Below are positions 24,400 through 36,790 of a DNA stretch of 64,000 nt, piece after piece. A model generated the notes under the pieces. That model saw nothing but the letters and a program-made list of their open reading frames with translations. It did not search any database and was not told the origin of the DNA. Location: NCBI RefSeq assembly GCF_018350175.1, contig NC_058368.1:194372001-194436000 (forward strand), given 5' to 3'. Position 1 is the stretch's first letter, and each line of letters starts with the position of its first letter. Both the position numbers and the translations under genes were made by a program. Origin of the DNA: Felis catus. Lineage: Eukaryota.

Positions 24400-27030
24400 C
24401 CTACACCCTGTAGCTGAAAAGTAGACAAAACTGAAGATTAGACACAGGGATTGATTGTAAATGTGGCAGAATTTCAGGGGGAAAAAAACTGAATTCTTAT
24501 TTTAGGTCTCTTATGCCAAAGTTAGGTCCCTGATAAGGAAAGCTATCCCCACTTGGGATAGGGAGATTTACATAGATGTTCTTCAATACTTTGAACCACC
24601 AGTTAACCCTGTACTCTCTGGGCTTGCAAAAATAGCAAGTATTCCCTTGCTAGATGACTTTGAAGAAATCCTAAATGAGGCAGGTGCCTTGTAAGACAAT
24701 TCTGGCCTTTCTCGGAATCTGTTCTCACCCACTTTCTGGGCACCAGACCAAAAACTAAAGTTACATCTTATTTTGATACAACTGGCAAAGTTGTGGATGT
24801 GCTAAAAGAGAAGAGGCATTCTAAGCCAATGGAGCTATACAGCTGGTTTACATATGCTGCAGGTATCTAGACACTATGCTTGAGAGTGAACCTAGGGCTA
24901 GATCAGGGTGGGAGGGGTAGACTATAAAGTCAGGTAAGAGAGGATGTCTTGGTATGGGGAAATACTCTTTAACAAGATTTAACAATGATTTATCACCCAT
25001 TGCTCACTGATGATTGACTTCTGTACGGTGACACTGACAGAAGGAAATACTGGGGCAGAACTGGGCTTTCTAGTAGCAACGGGAGATGGTAGAATACCAG
25101 GCTATCATTGCCAGATGGCAGCACTGAGGCAGCAAAAACAGTGTGGGCATAATAACAGTAATCAGTCTCAAGCGAAAACTGGCAGCCACAAGGTGGGGCA
25201 TCGCCTGACCCTCAGGGTTTTATGGAAATGGCTAATAAAACATGGTGTTCCTGGGAGCAATATAATTGGGCACCCCAGTTTCCAGGCCGATGCTTTCTCA
25301 GGCCCATGACCCACTAACTGAAGAAGAGGCCAGGTCCCTAGGATCAACAGACCATGAAGCACAATGGCAAGTGATTTCCATCAGTCCCTCCCCAGAAAGA
25401 CCTGTAGCCATTTTCCTGGGTAATAGCGTGCTGGGAAAGACAGATTATCCAGTTCTTTCAAGGGCTGTGGATATAGGGTCCAAGGTAATTAATGGTGACA
25501 TCCAAAGAATCAAAGTTGCCAGTATGGTTCTATGGAGTTCTAGACCAGGTCTCTTTCAAAGGGCCTCCCCCCAGGTCTGCAAAACAACTGGTGATCATTT
25601 CCCCAGATCCCAAATGTATCATTAGAATGGATATAACCAGAAGTTGGTAGAAGCTTCACATTGATTTCTTTACCTACAGGGTAAGAACTATCACAATAGG
25701 AAAGACCAAGTAGCAGCCAAAAGATCTACTCTCCATGCCTACCTAAGATGGTAAATAAAAACCAGAATCAACACAGAGCCCAACATGGGGCTCGAACTCA
25801 CAGACTGTGAGATCATGACCTGAGCCAAAGTCGGTCACCTAACCAACTGAGCCACCCAGGTGCCCCAACAGCAAATTTAACCAAGAAGCCCCAACTGGGG
25901 CTTCTGTGCTGAATGTAGGATCTTTACTAAAACATTTAAGCACAGCCTTGTATATGTGGTAAGTGGTGAATGAATTCTTCCCCATATTTATTAGGAAGGT
26001 CATGTAGTTTATGGCCCTGGGTTCCACGAATGCAACCACATACTTACAGAAGCTGCTCTCCAGTAGAATGATGAAATGGCTTATTAAACACAGAGCTAAT
26101 GTGCCACTTAGAGAAGACACCTGTGAGGGTGGTGGGCCATCTTTCAAGATTCATTCCAGTCTTAAACCAACAGACACTTTACATAGGTTTCTTTCAAACT
26201 GATCACGTAAGGAATAACAACATTGGCTAAATTAACATTAAAACACCATTCTGTTCAGCCGGTGAAAAAGTACTTTTATATCATTATTCTGAATCACAGT
26301 GTTTCTTTCAAATGGAAAAAAAAAAAGTATGCAATGAGCATTCTAGAAACTAAGGAGTGAAAGAAGCAATAAGCTTCTCACCATCACCCTCAGTGACCAG
26401 CTGGAGAACATGTGCTTCCTACATCCACAACTTTAGGTTCTGTGATTCTAGGGGTGCTTGTTCCTGGCGGGGCGTGGGGGGATGCTTCTGGCAGCAGACA
26501 CAGTAAAAGAACCACTAAATTTAAAGCTAATGTGTCACTTGTTTAATATCCTGTGTCAATACACCAGCAGCCTCAGAACAGAGTTTTCATACTTGTCAAT
26601 TAGCCCTGACAGTTATGAGGAAGGACTGCTATCACCAAGAGGCAGAAAGGCATACATTTGATATGTAGATTATCTGCTGGGTCATCTCTTGTTACTCCCA
26701 TGCCCACTTCAAATGGAAAGTAAAGCAATCATGGCCCGACAAAGGCACGATAACAAGGAGTCTCTTAGGGAAGAGGGTATGAATCATGCTAAGGCAAGCC
26801 ATCTAAATCTCAGAAGTCCTCGCGGTGAGGAAGAATCCTCTAGACTGAAATGGTAGAGAAGGGAAATAAGGAATATCAGTCATAGCCTCAGGAGCAGCTC
26901 TGGAGTTACCCCACTCATTCTCCTCCTGAAAATTTCCCCAGGAATCTTGAACCCAGAATCCTGGAGAATCTGGCTGGATAGAATTTACGTAATGTGAGAC
27001 ATGGCTGTGAACAATGCAAGAGGTGGGCTG
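24400..27030 (+). mobile_element. Degenerate class III ERV internal region (ERV-L/HERV16-like gag-pro relic)
   Basis: QMAALRQQKQ...LWKWLIKHGVPGSNI resembles ERV-L Gag (QVAALN...LWHWLINHGVPRSEI); 25392-25482 resembles the protease lead-in PQRDLWPFT...FQGLLDTGS. Confidence 0.65.
25773..25866 (-). mobile_element. Partial Can-SINE (head only) within the ERV relic
   Basis: cacagagcccaacatggggctcgaactc...gagccacccaggtgcccc. Confidence 0.85.
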
Positions 27031-27465
27031 TTAAGAGACAATGCAATGCCCTGTCTAGATCAATTTACTGGGCTGGCACACACAGACCACAGACTATGAG
27101 GAATTGGCTGATTGCTCACTCTGTTACTCTTCTCTGGAGAACTCTTCTCAGTTGACAAAAGGAGTCTTACCCAGAAAACTATGCACATACCCCCATCTGG
27201 GGGTAGTCCACAGCCAATGGCTACCTTTTATGTCCTCTAAGAGGCAAGCCTTTTTGCCTCAGAGTGGGACAGCTCTGCAGGACAACTTATGTTCCAGAGA
27301 TCTCCCAGGTCCCTATAGATGAGACCATGATTAGACTTTGCCCAAGACCACATTCTTGCTCTCCTGCTTCCCCTTTCTTTATCATATATCCCTCTCTCAT
27401 GTTTGTCCCTGAATCCCTGCCTGAGGCTGTTTCTACACAGCTCATCCTAACACAGGATAAAAACT
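27030..27465 (+). mobile_element. LTR16-like LTR, 3' LTR of the ERV-L relic
   Basis: Follows purine-rich gcaagaggtgggc; contains ccacagccaatgg and cctcagagtgggacagctctg, which resemble LTR16. Confidence 0.55.
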
Positions 27466-27681
27466 AGCTGTGGGTCTTGTTTGACTCTCATGTGGAAGAA
27501 ACCAGGGACTAGGCACACTCAGGCTGGTATGGTAGGTACAAGGCATCAGAAACCCAACCTCTTCTTGTCCTTTCCACTGCTCATTCTTAGTTCATAGCTG
27601 CTGCCACCATGTTGCCATCACATCCACATTTCAGGATGAAGAAAGGAGGAAGGAATAAATGATTAAGAATACACCTCACAT

Positions 27682-27871
27682 GGGGCAGCTGAGTGGCTTA
27701 GTCAGTTGAGCATCCAACTCTTGACTTCGGCTCAGATCATGATCTCATGGTTCGTGGGTTCTTGTCCCACAATGGGCTCTGCGCTGACAGTGCAGAGTCT
27801 GTTTGGGATTCTGTCTGCTCCTCCCCCATTCGTGTGCACATGTTCTCCCTCTCAAAATAAATAAAAACTTA
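27682..27871 (+). mobile_element. Can-SINE
   Basis: Head and tail present; flanks aagaatacacctca / aagaatactcctca. Confidence 0.9.
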
Positions 27872-29069
27872 AAGAATACTCCTCAATATGCTTAGTTGTG
27901 CTTAAAAGCCTTCAGGGAGGCACTATGCAAAAGGCACTAAGCCTTTTGTTCACACTGAGCACCCCTCCCACAGCCCCCAACCTGTAGAGACACCAGAAAA
28001 AGTAGACTTTGAGTTGGGTATATTGGCATTCCCAATAACAAAGTCCGTTAGAAAGGAGGAAGGAAAAACAAATTTTAGCAGTCACTGCAACAGACCCCAA
28101 CTATGATTATGAGGTTTGGAAACGGGATCCAAATCTTCTCAGTTTCTTATAGACCACCTTACCAGAGTCAAATGATCGGATGGGGCAAAGAGTAGATATG
28201 CCTAGCATAAGTAAAGCAGTCATAAATTTGAACCCAGGCAGGGGCAGTCTGGGACCTTTTCATGCATTCATATGCCCTCATCTCTAGAAACCCTGGTGGA
28301 TAGAGAGCGGGCATGCATTTTTTGATCCTGAATCCCTCCTATGGAAGCCGCATTTTCTCCCCCTCTAGTCCCACCTGCTCTAGGCTGTGAGTACAAGTTA
28401 CAATATTAAACCTTAAGAAAAATGCCCAGGGTTTGGCAGAGCTTATGGTTTACTTACCATGCAACCTCTAAAAGCTCAGAACCAATTACCGTATCAATGA
28501 TATCTCTATTGAAGAATTATCAGAACCAGCTTGTATCTTCCAAAAATCTCAGTGGGGGTGGGGGGAAATAACCACATCAAATCTGCTGAACAATATAAAA
28601 CAAAGATTTTAACTCCAAACTGTTTCTCTTTCCTAGAAGCTGCATAAAACCTCCTCAACAACAAGAATTGCTGAAGAGACTTAACATATAGAAACGTTTT
28701 TCTCAATAACCTCACTATTGTTTCCTGAATTGGAGAATCTTCTATCTTCTGTGATTCTACCTCTCTGGGTCCTAATGATCTGTTCATTCCAAACACATCA
28801 CTTAAGAAATAATCACGTTGGCTACAATTCCACTGTAAAGTCTTTTAATTCAATAATATCACTTTTATAACTACAGCACAATATCTTTGTGAAATAGAAA
28901 AAAAAAAGAATGCAATGAACATTCTTTTAGAATTAAAGGTAAAGTTAGTAAGTTGTGACTGGCTAAAGGTCAGGTAAATAGAATTACTGAAACTTCCTGA
29001 TGTCTATTTCCATGCTCTGGTCAACAAGATACATCCCCTTACCCTTTCTTTTTTATTTACGCCTTACTT

Positions 29070-29435
29070 TAGGTGGCAGAATCTGTAATTGCCTCCAATG
29101 TTCATTTTCTCTTTTAGTAACAGACTCTCGAGTTTTACCCAGGAATATGGCTGCCAGGGTTGAGGTGGTATTTCCCCTCTCCCTAACAGCCAGTTGTAGC
29201 TACGCAAACAAGTTTGGAAGCAGTGCAAAACCTCCAACCATGTCCTTGAAGACGGAGCTGCTGTCTTTGCATGTTCTTTGTCCCCCATACTGCTGGCTGG
29301 GAAAGGAAGATTATTCAAACCCTGGAAGCCTGGGTTGAAGATCATTGAGCAAAGCTGCTAACCTTAGACCACTCACCTCTGAACGTTTATGTGCAACAGA
29401 AGAAACCTTCCATATTACCTAAGTGACTGTATTGG
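29070..29435 (+). mobile_element. MaLR (MLT1-type) LTR relic
   Basis: tttagtaacagactc...atggctgcc...tttcccctctccctaacagccagttgtagc; ends aagtgactgtattgg. Confidence 0.5.
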
Positions 29436-30093
29436 ATCATCTCTTTGCCCCCTACCCAATCAACTCCACCTGGCCCCGATTTTAGTCAATCAGGAGCCTC
29501 ATTCCAAGGCTCATTTGAAGTAAAATAAGTTCAGAGGAGAGGAACTGGAAAGCAATGTAGCTAGAAATCATGTCCCAGAAGAGACCATTAGAAAGACATG
29601 GGAATGTATAACTTTAAGAAAAAGAGGTACCAGAAGGAGTTCTCTTCATGTTCTTTAAGAATCATCACATATGAGAAAATAACCACACTTGTGCCCTACT
29701 ATATCAAAGAAAGTGTGATTAATTTGCAGAATCCCAATAGAACAAATTTCAGCCTCATTAAAGGATAAGCCTTCTCATAATCACAACAACCCAAAGATCT
29801 GCAGGAATGCACTAGGTACCAAGGAGTCCTCTGTCACTGGAGGTATGCAAGCAAACTTTCATGTGAAAGAATGGGGAATACAAGTGCAGGATTCTTACTT
29901 AGCTGAGTCCTAAATCTTGCTCTAACAATAAGCAAATGTTATTTCTTAATATATGAACCAAGCCATCATTTATAAAATGGGGTTGATTTTATCTAACGGA
30001 GTTGTAAATAACAAAAGAGAAAATACACATAGAACACTTTCCAGTGGAGATGGTAGGTCATCCTGTTTGCTGGGGATATTAAAGTAGGGTTTA

Positions 30094-30267
30094 GGGGTGC
30101 CTGGGTGGCTCAGTTGGTTAAGCATCCGACTTCAGGTCAGGTCATGATCTCACTGTTCATGAGTTTAAGCAGTGTGTTGGGTTCTGTGCTGACAGCTCAG
30201 AGCCTGGAGCCTGCTTCAAATTCTTGACTCCCTCTCTCTCTGCCCCTCCCCTGTTCGTGCTGGCTCG

Positions 30268-30311
<44 letters not shown>

Positions 30312-30349
30312 AATAAACATTAAAAAGTGAAAAATAAATAAATAAATAA
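30094..30349 (+). mobile_element. Can-SINE with long (CT)n
   Basis: Perfect TSD TAAAGTAGGGTTTA at 30080-30093 and 30350-30363. Confidence 0.95.
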
Positions 30350-30722
30350 TAAAGTAGGGTTTAATCATTAGATGGGGAAAGGTTGGTCCTGATCAACAAT
30401 CCTATGAATCTGTGATTGTAAAATATTTATTTCCCTTTCAGCATGTAGAATGCTTCATGAAAAAGCCTGGCTAACAAAGTAAGCAAATCATTCCTCCCTT
30501 TGTGAATACCCCTGTTTCAGTGACAATTAAGTTGAGTGACCCTCACTCACTCCCACCTCCAAGCCCACACCCATAGGACTGCTCAGAAACCTTGAGCATC
30601 TTTGTTGTATGGAAGAATTATACACCCCAGAGGTTTTTCCAAGACTGTTTTCTAATTTAGAATCCTATTTGGTCCAAACTTTGGAGAAAGTAATTCTAAA
30701 AGGCAAGTGTTTTCTGTGATAC

Positions 30723-31178
30723 TGAAAGAGCAGACCTAGGCCGGCCGACTCCATCTTGTTCTGTATCCTCCATCTTGTTCTGTATCCTCCATCTTGTTCT
30801 GCATCCTCCATCTTGAGTGACTATGTCCCCAACATGGCCGCAGAAAGAGATTCCCGCTCAACCTCAGACCACACCTCCTTCCCTTGAGTAACTTCCCACT
30901 CACCCTTCCAACTTCCCATTCAAACCATGCCCGGCGACCTATGCAAAGGACTCTGACCCAGTCGGCTAAGGCCACGACCATTACCCCGCCAACCACCCCT
31001 AGATCCCTATAAAATCTTTGTGCTTTTGAAACCCACTCTCTCTCTCTCCGGCATCTCACCGCTGTGTCGGTGCAGGTAGGGGATTGAGCTCGAGCTAGCT
31101 CGGATAAAGGCTCTTTGCTCTTGCATCGGACTCAGCTCCCTGGTGGTCTTTGGGGAATCATGAATTCTGAGCATAACA
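30723..31178 (+). mobile_element. Solo ERV1 (gammaretrovirus-like) LTR
   Basis: TGAAAG...ATAACA termini; TATAAAA at ~31008; 4-bp flanks ATAC / TTAC; no PBS downstream. Confidence 0.88.
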
Positions 31179-31802
31179 TTACGTATGAAATGATATTGGA
31201 GCATCAAGAGAACTACGTTTGGGTCTAATGACTGACTGACATGAACTTTCAGATCTTGAACAAGTTTCCACAGCTTTAGAATTGGTATCCAAGTCTAAAA
31301 TACAAGGGGGTTAGGGAATCTAAGTGTCTTTCCATGTTCAGAAACCTATTATTTTAATTCAAAAAAAAATAAAATGAGCCACTTCTTAGAAGTCTAGATC
31401 ACTCCTACAAGTTCAAAAACTACACAAGCCCAGCATATACGATCTACAACAATAACCTGGGGAATCCAGGATATATCACACAGTCACTTCACATAAATAA
31501 TAAAGTTTTGTGAGCAGATAGACATAATCCCTTCTCACATGAGCAGTATAGCCATGAGTAGGGACATCAGGACCTTTAAATTTCAAAAGAGTTATATCCT
31601 AGGAGCTTGTTCACAAAGAACCAAAAGATGCCAGTGGCAGAGATGATTTGTCTCTATTGGGTAATATGGATGGTGTTAAGAATATGTGATGGAACCTGAG
31701 TTTAAATCCAAGCCCTGCCCAACCCATTTTTGTTGATCTTGAAGTCATTTGCTTGGCCTCACTTTCTTTCCCTAAAAAGGTCCACCCAATTGTTTTTGTT
31801 TT

Positions 31803-32026
31803 GTTTTGTTTTAATTTTTTTCAACGTTTTTATTTATTTTTGGGACAGAGAGAGACAGAGCATGAACGGGGGAGGGGCAGAGAGAGAGGGAGACACAGAA
31901 TTGGAAACAGGCTCCAGGCTCTGAGCCATCAGCCCAGAGCCTGACGCGGGGCTCGAACTCCCGGACCGCGAGATCGTGACCTGGCTAAAGTCGGACGCTT
32001 AACCGACTGTGCCACCCAGGCGCCCC
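31803..32026 (-). mobile_element. Young Can-SINE (SINEC_Fc-type)
   Basis: Near-consensus with CpGs intact; tgttttgtttt flanks. Confidence 0.95.
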
Positions 32027-33232
32027 TGTTTTGTTTTTAATGACAAATGAGGCAATGATTGTAAAATTCTTAGCACTTTGAATACCAATTTATCCACTGA
32101 ATTCTTCTTACCTGTTTAAGGGTAGGGACTATAATTATCCTATTGGACAGTATTCCCAGAAGGTAGTCCTTTCATGGTACATAACAAGTGCTCAAGAAAC
32201 TTTCAGATAAAGGATTCCATGTGCCCAAAATTCAACTGAGCTGCTACAATGATGAAGCCTTCTGACCCTCTTCTCTAATTGCCTGATCCCTCTTTGACCA
32301 GTAGATCAAAAGAGGTAGCATCACTATTCTTACCATCCCCCTTTTCTTCTACATCTGCCTTTATGTAGGTTAGCCATATTTATTGCATGTGTATGACCAT
32401 TGGGCCCAAATTCAATGGTGCAAAACGACCTGTTCTTAGTCATATTCCAAGTTTCCTGCATTATAATCCTGAAATGTTAGGGCTTTGATTTGGTGGTATT
32501 AAGTCAATTCTTCATTTTATTTGGACACTGATGGAATTCAGCACAGGTGGAATCAACTAGATATGGTAATAAAACCTATGAGCAATTTGACGAGTCATTA
32601 GAATTATAACATAGGCTCTCACTGCACCAGCACCCCCAAATAGGGTACTAAGAACACTCCGTTTGTAGATGTGTTTTCTACCAAGTCAATCACCATTTAT
32701 GAGATTTTTATGCTAGTTTACACAGCTGGAATTTTACATAAGCCAATTTAGACATACTTATGCCTTGGGAATCAAGGCAATTATAACAATAATACCAAAA
32801 GACTACTTTTTAAATAATCAACATCATTATTATAATTACTTAGCCAACAAAAAGGAATGCTTTAAAAGTAGCAGGTTTTTATAGCCAGGGTATTATTAAA
32901 TATGAATCCCAGAAGGATACATTCATAGAAGAATGAACAATGTGTTCTATTAAAAAATAGTAATTTGTTGACAAAGTCTGCACATAAACGATGTGCTTTA
33001 TGCAAACCAATTTGGCTTTCCTATTACCAAACTCCTTTTGCAAAAAGTTTAGGAATTTTTCTTTTCATAGCTCTATAATTATTGACAGACAAAGTCTATT
33101 TTTTTTTAATTTTTCCAAAATAGGGGTAATTGTATATGAATTATTTTAAATTCATATAAAATTGTACTTCTACCTTACCAGGCCACTTCCCTTAGTGAAA
33201 ATACAGAAATCCTTTATTATTAGCTAGACCTA

Positions 33233-33863
33233 TGATGAGTTTCTTTTTGAGGGGGGAGGGTGTGACAGTGGGGTTTGTGGGGTCTGGAACCGATGACCAA
33301 GAAAGAATTCTTGAAGACGTCTTTGGTGCAAAAAGGTGATTTTATTGAAGCACGGGGACAGGACCCATGGGCAGAAAAGATGCTGCCCCTGGACCATGAG
33401 GAGAGACCGCATTATATACTATAGGCTTGGGGAAGGTAAAGTCCAGGGGAAGTTTCCAGTGGGATTTTCATATGCTAAAGAAGACTCCCAAGGTAGTGGA
33501 GACACCCAGCTATCTTTAAGCTAAGGTGGTTTTCCCTCTAGCAAAGCATTAGCATTAAGACAGTGGGGGAGTTCTAGAAAAACGTTTTACTCTGCCAGCC
33601 TCAAGTATTTGTCAATGGGCTGCAGGTTATAAGGAAATTTAGTTCTAGCTGCCATTTCCTTCTGCCTTTGTTTCCCCAGCACTATGGAGGGGTGATGGGG
33701 ACCAGTGTCCTGCAGAACTATGATCTCTATCAGTTAACCATTTGTTCACCCCTTTCCTTTGTTCTTGGGCAGCCAGGAGTGCCTGAGGAATATCACACAT
33801 ATCCCGGGGTAGGGGCGGGGAGGGGGAGGTTGGCCTGTCAGCTTACCATATGCTCCCTTATCG
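33233..33863 (-). mobile_element. Solo carnivore ERV1 LTR (CarLTR1-like)
   Basis: rc AATAAA at ~33341; rc U5 tgcaccaaagacgtcttcaagaattctttcttgg is shared with the 35957 LTR; ACCTA flanks at 33228-33232 and 33864-33868. Confidence 0.8.
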
Positions 33864-33869
33864 ACCTAT

Positions 33870-34310
33870 ATATGCTGTTCAGTATGGTAGCCATCAGCCA
33901 CATGCAGCTACTAGGCACTTAACATGTGGCTGGTAAAACTGAGAAATTTGATTGTTAGCATTACTTTATTTTTATTTATTTAAATTTTGAAACTGAAGCA
34001 ATATAAGATACTTTTCCATTAAGCATAACTTTATGATTTCAGTAATACTACATTCCTCTTTAACTGTCAAAAATTTAGCATCCAAATAGAACTGTAAAGT
34101 CTAATACACCAGATTCCAAAGACTTAAAAATAATGGGAAATATTTTCTAATCATTTTATGGTGGTTATTTGCTGAAACAGTAATGTTTTTGTAATGTTGT
34201 GTTAAATAAAATGTATCATAATAGTGTTTCCCTATTTTTTACTTTAATGTAACTACTAGAAAATTTTTATTATGTATATAGTTTATTTTTCTATTGAACA
34301 GTACTGATCT
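33870..34310. mobile_element. MER3/MER33-like hAT DNA-transposon relic
   Basis: atggtagccatcagccacatgcagctactaggcacttaacatgtggct; ends tctattgaacagtactg. Confidence 0.65.
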
Positions 34311-34447
34311 AGCAATCTAGAAATATCTACTTACTTTAGTTCTACTTCCTATAATGCAGTTGAGCTTACATTTTTACACTGGCAAAACAGAAAAAAAATA
34401 AACACATATTTTTTTAAGAAAGTCTAGAGAGAAATCAAAAGCAGGAA

Positions 34448-34645
34448 GGGGAATGCCTGGGTGGCTCAATCAGTTGTGTAAAAATCTTGATTTCCACTCA
34501 GGTCATGATCCCAGGGTCATGGGATCAAGCCCTATGTCAAGCCCTGCAATGGGTGTGGAGCCTCTTAAGATTCTCTCTCCCTCTCCCTCCTTCCCTCTCT
34601 CCCTTTCCCTTTCTCCCTCTGCCCCTCTCCCCCTCATGTGAGTGT

Positions 34646-34698
<53 letters not shown>

Positions 34699-34712
34699 AA
34701 ACAAACAAAAAA
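34448..34712 (+). mobile_element. Can-SINE with long CT tract
   Basis: gcctgggtggctcaatcagtt head, (CT)n, A tail. Confidence 0.88.
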
Positions 34713-35209
34713 ATGTGGGAAGGAATTAGAAGAAAGTTGGCCCTTGAAAGAAAGAACTTTCCTGGAAAAGGTACACATTTATTAAACTCTGCAACTGTGG
34801 GCATTCCCTAATCTTCAGGGAACTGGGTGGAGAGAATTCATGCAAGAAGTCATAGTCAATAATGAATTGAGAAGTCAGAGGATGGAGTTTAGAGAGGTGC
34901 CACAGCAGCTAGAAAATGAAAGGAAAATCTAGGAAAGGGAGGATAGAGGGAAGCCCCTAAATCTGTATATGAATACCACTCAAATCCTTGGTTCCTCCAT
35001 GAGTAAGTACCTGGGATATGCCAAGATTTACAGTATAAAACAACAGCTACAAAACTAAAAGGAATTCAACACAGATCTCAACTTCTACCCCCTGCAAGGG
35101 AGACTGTTTGGTGCTTAAGTGCACTGCCTACTACAACAAAAATGAACACACTTTAGGGGAAAAGAGAATCAGAGTCCCTATAATGTTTCGTTAGGGACAT
35201 GTAGTATGA

Positions 35210-35838
35210 TGTAATGGTGAGTCACACACAGAGAATTGGACAACAAGGCTATTCTTCCCAGGAAGCAGCTTTATTCATACCAGCGCAGGCTCAGCAGGCT
35301 AAGACCCCAAAAAACTGAGCCCTGAGCACAGCAGGGAGGGGGGAGGGCTGCCTTTGTACAAGTTTTGCTTCTTTGCCTCCCGTATATGGTAACATATAGT
35401 CTGAATGGGTGGTCTATGTTACAGAGTCCTGAGGAATGTTGTGCACTTGAAAGGGCGGGCCTACGCCAGCCGACTCCATCTTGTTCTGTGTCCTTCACCT
35501 TGACCACACCTCCTCCCCTCGAGTAAACCCTCCCTCACCTGCCGGACCCTTCCCCAGGACCCCTCCCCAGCCAATCGGCTGAGGCCATAGCCATTACCTC
35601 ACCAACTGCCCCCAGGCCCCAATAAAACCTTTGTCCTTTTGAAACTCGCTCTTTTTCCCTGGTATCTCACCGCTGCGTCGGTGCAGGTAGGGGATTGAGC
35701 TCGAGCTAGCTCGAATAAAGGCTCTTTGCTTTTGCATCGGACTCGGCTCCCTAGTGGTCTTTGGGGATCACGAATTCTGGGCATAACACACTCACACATA
35801 GCCAGGGGGCCTTCCCAGGTCTTGAGGTTTTCACCACA
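35210..35838 (-). mobile_element. LTR split by a younger LTR
   Basis: TGTAATGG...CACCACA termini; rc AATAAA at ~35270-35275. No TSD recognised. Confidence 0.6.
35448..35788 (+). mobile_element. Solo ERV1 LTR, same family as 30723-31178
   Basis: TGAAAG...ATAACA termini; perfect 4-bp TSD CACT (35444-35447 / 35789-35792); CCAAT; AATAAA. Confidence 0.92.
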
Positions 35839-35956
35839 TTCCTTAGGGAGAGGCTCTACCACAGTAAAATTAGACTCAAAGAGACAGGAAAATGTAATCC
35901 ATACTGACAAGAAAAAGAAGTCAATAGCTCCTGAACCTAAAATGTTCAAGATATTG

Positions 35957-36349
35957 TGATGTGGGAAACAAAGGCAGAAGGAAATGGTAAATAAAATTAA
36001 ATTTCCTTATAACCTACAGCCTATTGACAGATAGTTGCGGCAGGCAGAGTATAAACATTTCTCCAGAACTCCCTACTGTCTTATTGTCAATGCTTTGCTA
36101 GAGGGAAAAAATAACCTTAGCTTGACAATAGCTAGGCCCATATCAAGTGAGTCTTCTTTAGCATATGAAAATCCCTTTTAAAACTTCCCCACGACCTTAC
36201 CTTCCCCCACTCCCAAGTATACAGTCATTCCTTACAATTCCAGGTGGGTCCTGTTCTGGGCTTCAATAAAACTACAGTTTTGCACCAAGATGTCTCGAGA
36301 ATTCTTTCTTGGCCTTGGGCTCTGAATCCCAACACTTCAAACCACATCA
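35957..36349 (+). mobile_element. Solo carnivore ERV1 LTR (CarLTR1-like)
   Basis: 8-bp inverted termini TGATGTGG...CCACATCA; AATAAA at ~36265; U5 similar to the 33233 LTR. Confidence 0.8.
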
Positions 36350-36575
36350 AGCTGGAATTAGCAGACAAGGCTTGAAAGGACTTAGTAAATCTAGATTTTC
36401 AAATGTAAAGGAAAATATGCCCCAATAAAGAGACATGGAAATTAGGCAGAAAAAATGTAAACTTAAACTTATTCTTATAAGAATAAAATGAAAATTCTAA
36501 ACCTGAAAAGCAAAATATCTGAAATGATATTTTTACTTGATGTTTTACTTGAAAGGTCTGAAAAAGCAAACTGGA

Positions 36576-36790
36576 GGGGAGCCTGGGTAGCTTAGTCTGC
36601 TAAACATCCAATTCTTAATTTTGGCTCAGGTCATGATCTCAGGGTTTGTGAGTTCGAGCCCTGTGTTAGACTCCACACTGACAATGCAGAGTCTACTTGG
36701 AATTATCTCTCTCTCCTCTCTTTATGCCCCTCCCCTGCTTGTGCTCTCTCAAAATAAAAATAAATAAATAAATAAACATTTGTAAAAAAG
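36576..36790 (+). mobile_element. Can-SINE
   Basis: Head, B-box gagttcgagccc, CT tract, (AAAT)n tail. Confidence 0.88.

Noticed and set aside
30723..35788. Two same-family, same-strand LTRs 4.3 kb apart read as one provirus
   Set aside because: Each has its own 4-bp flanks (ATAC/TTAC versus CACT/CACT), their U3 regions differ, no PBS follows the first, and the interval holds unrelated repeats with no gag, pol or env.
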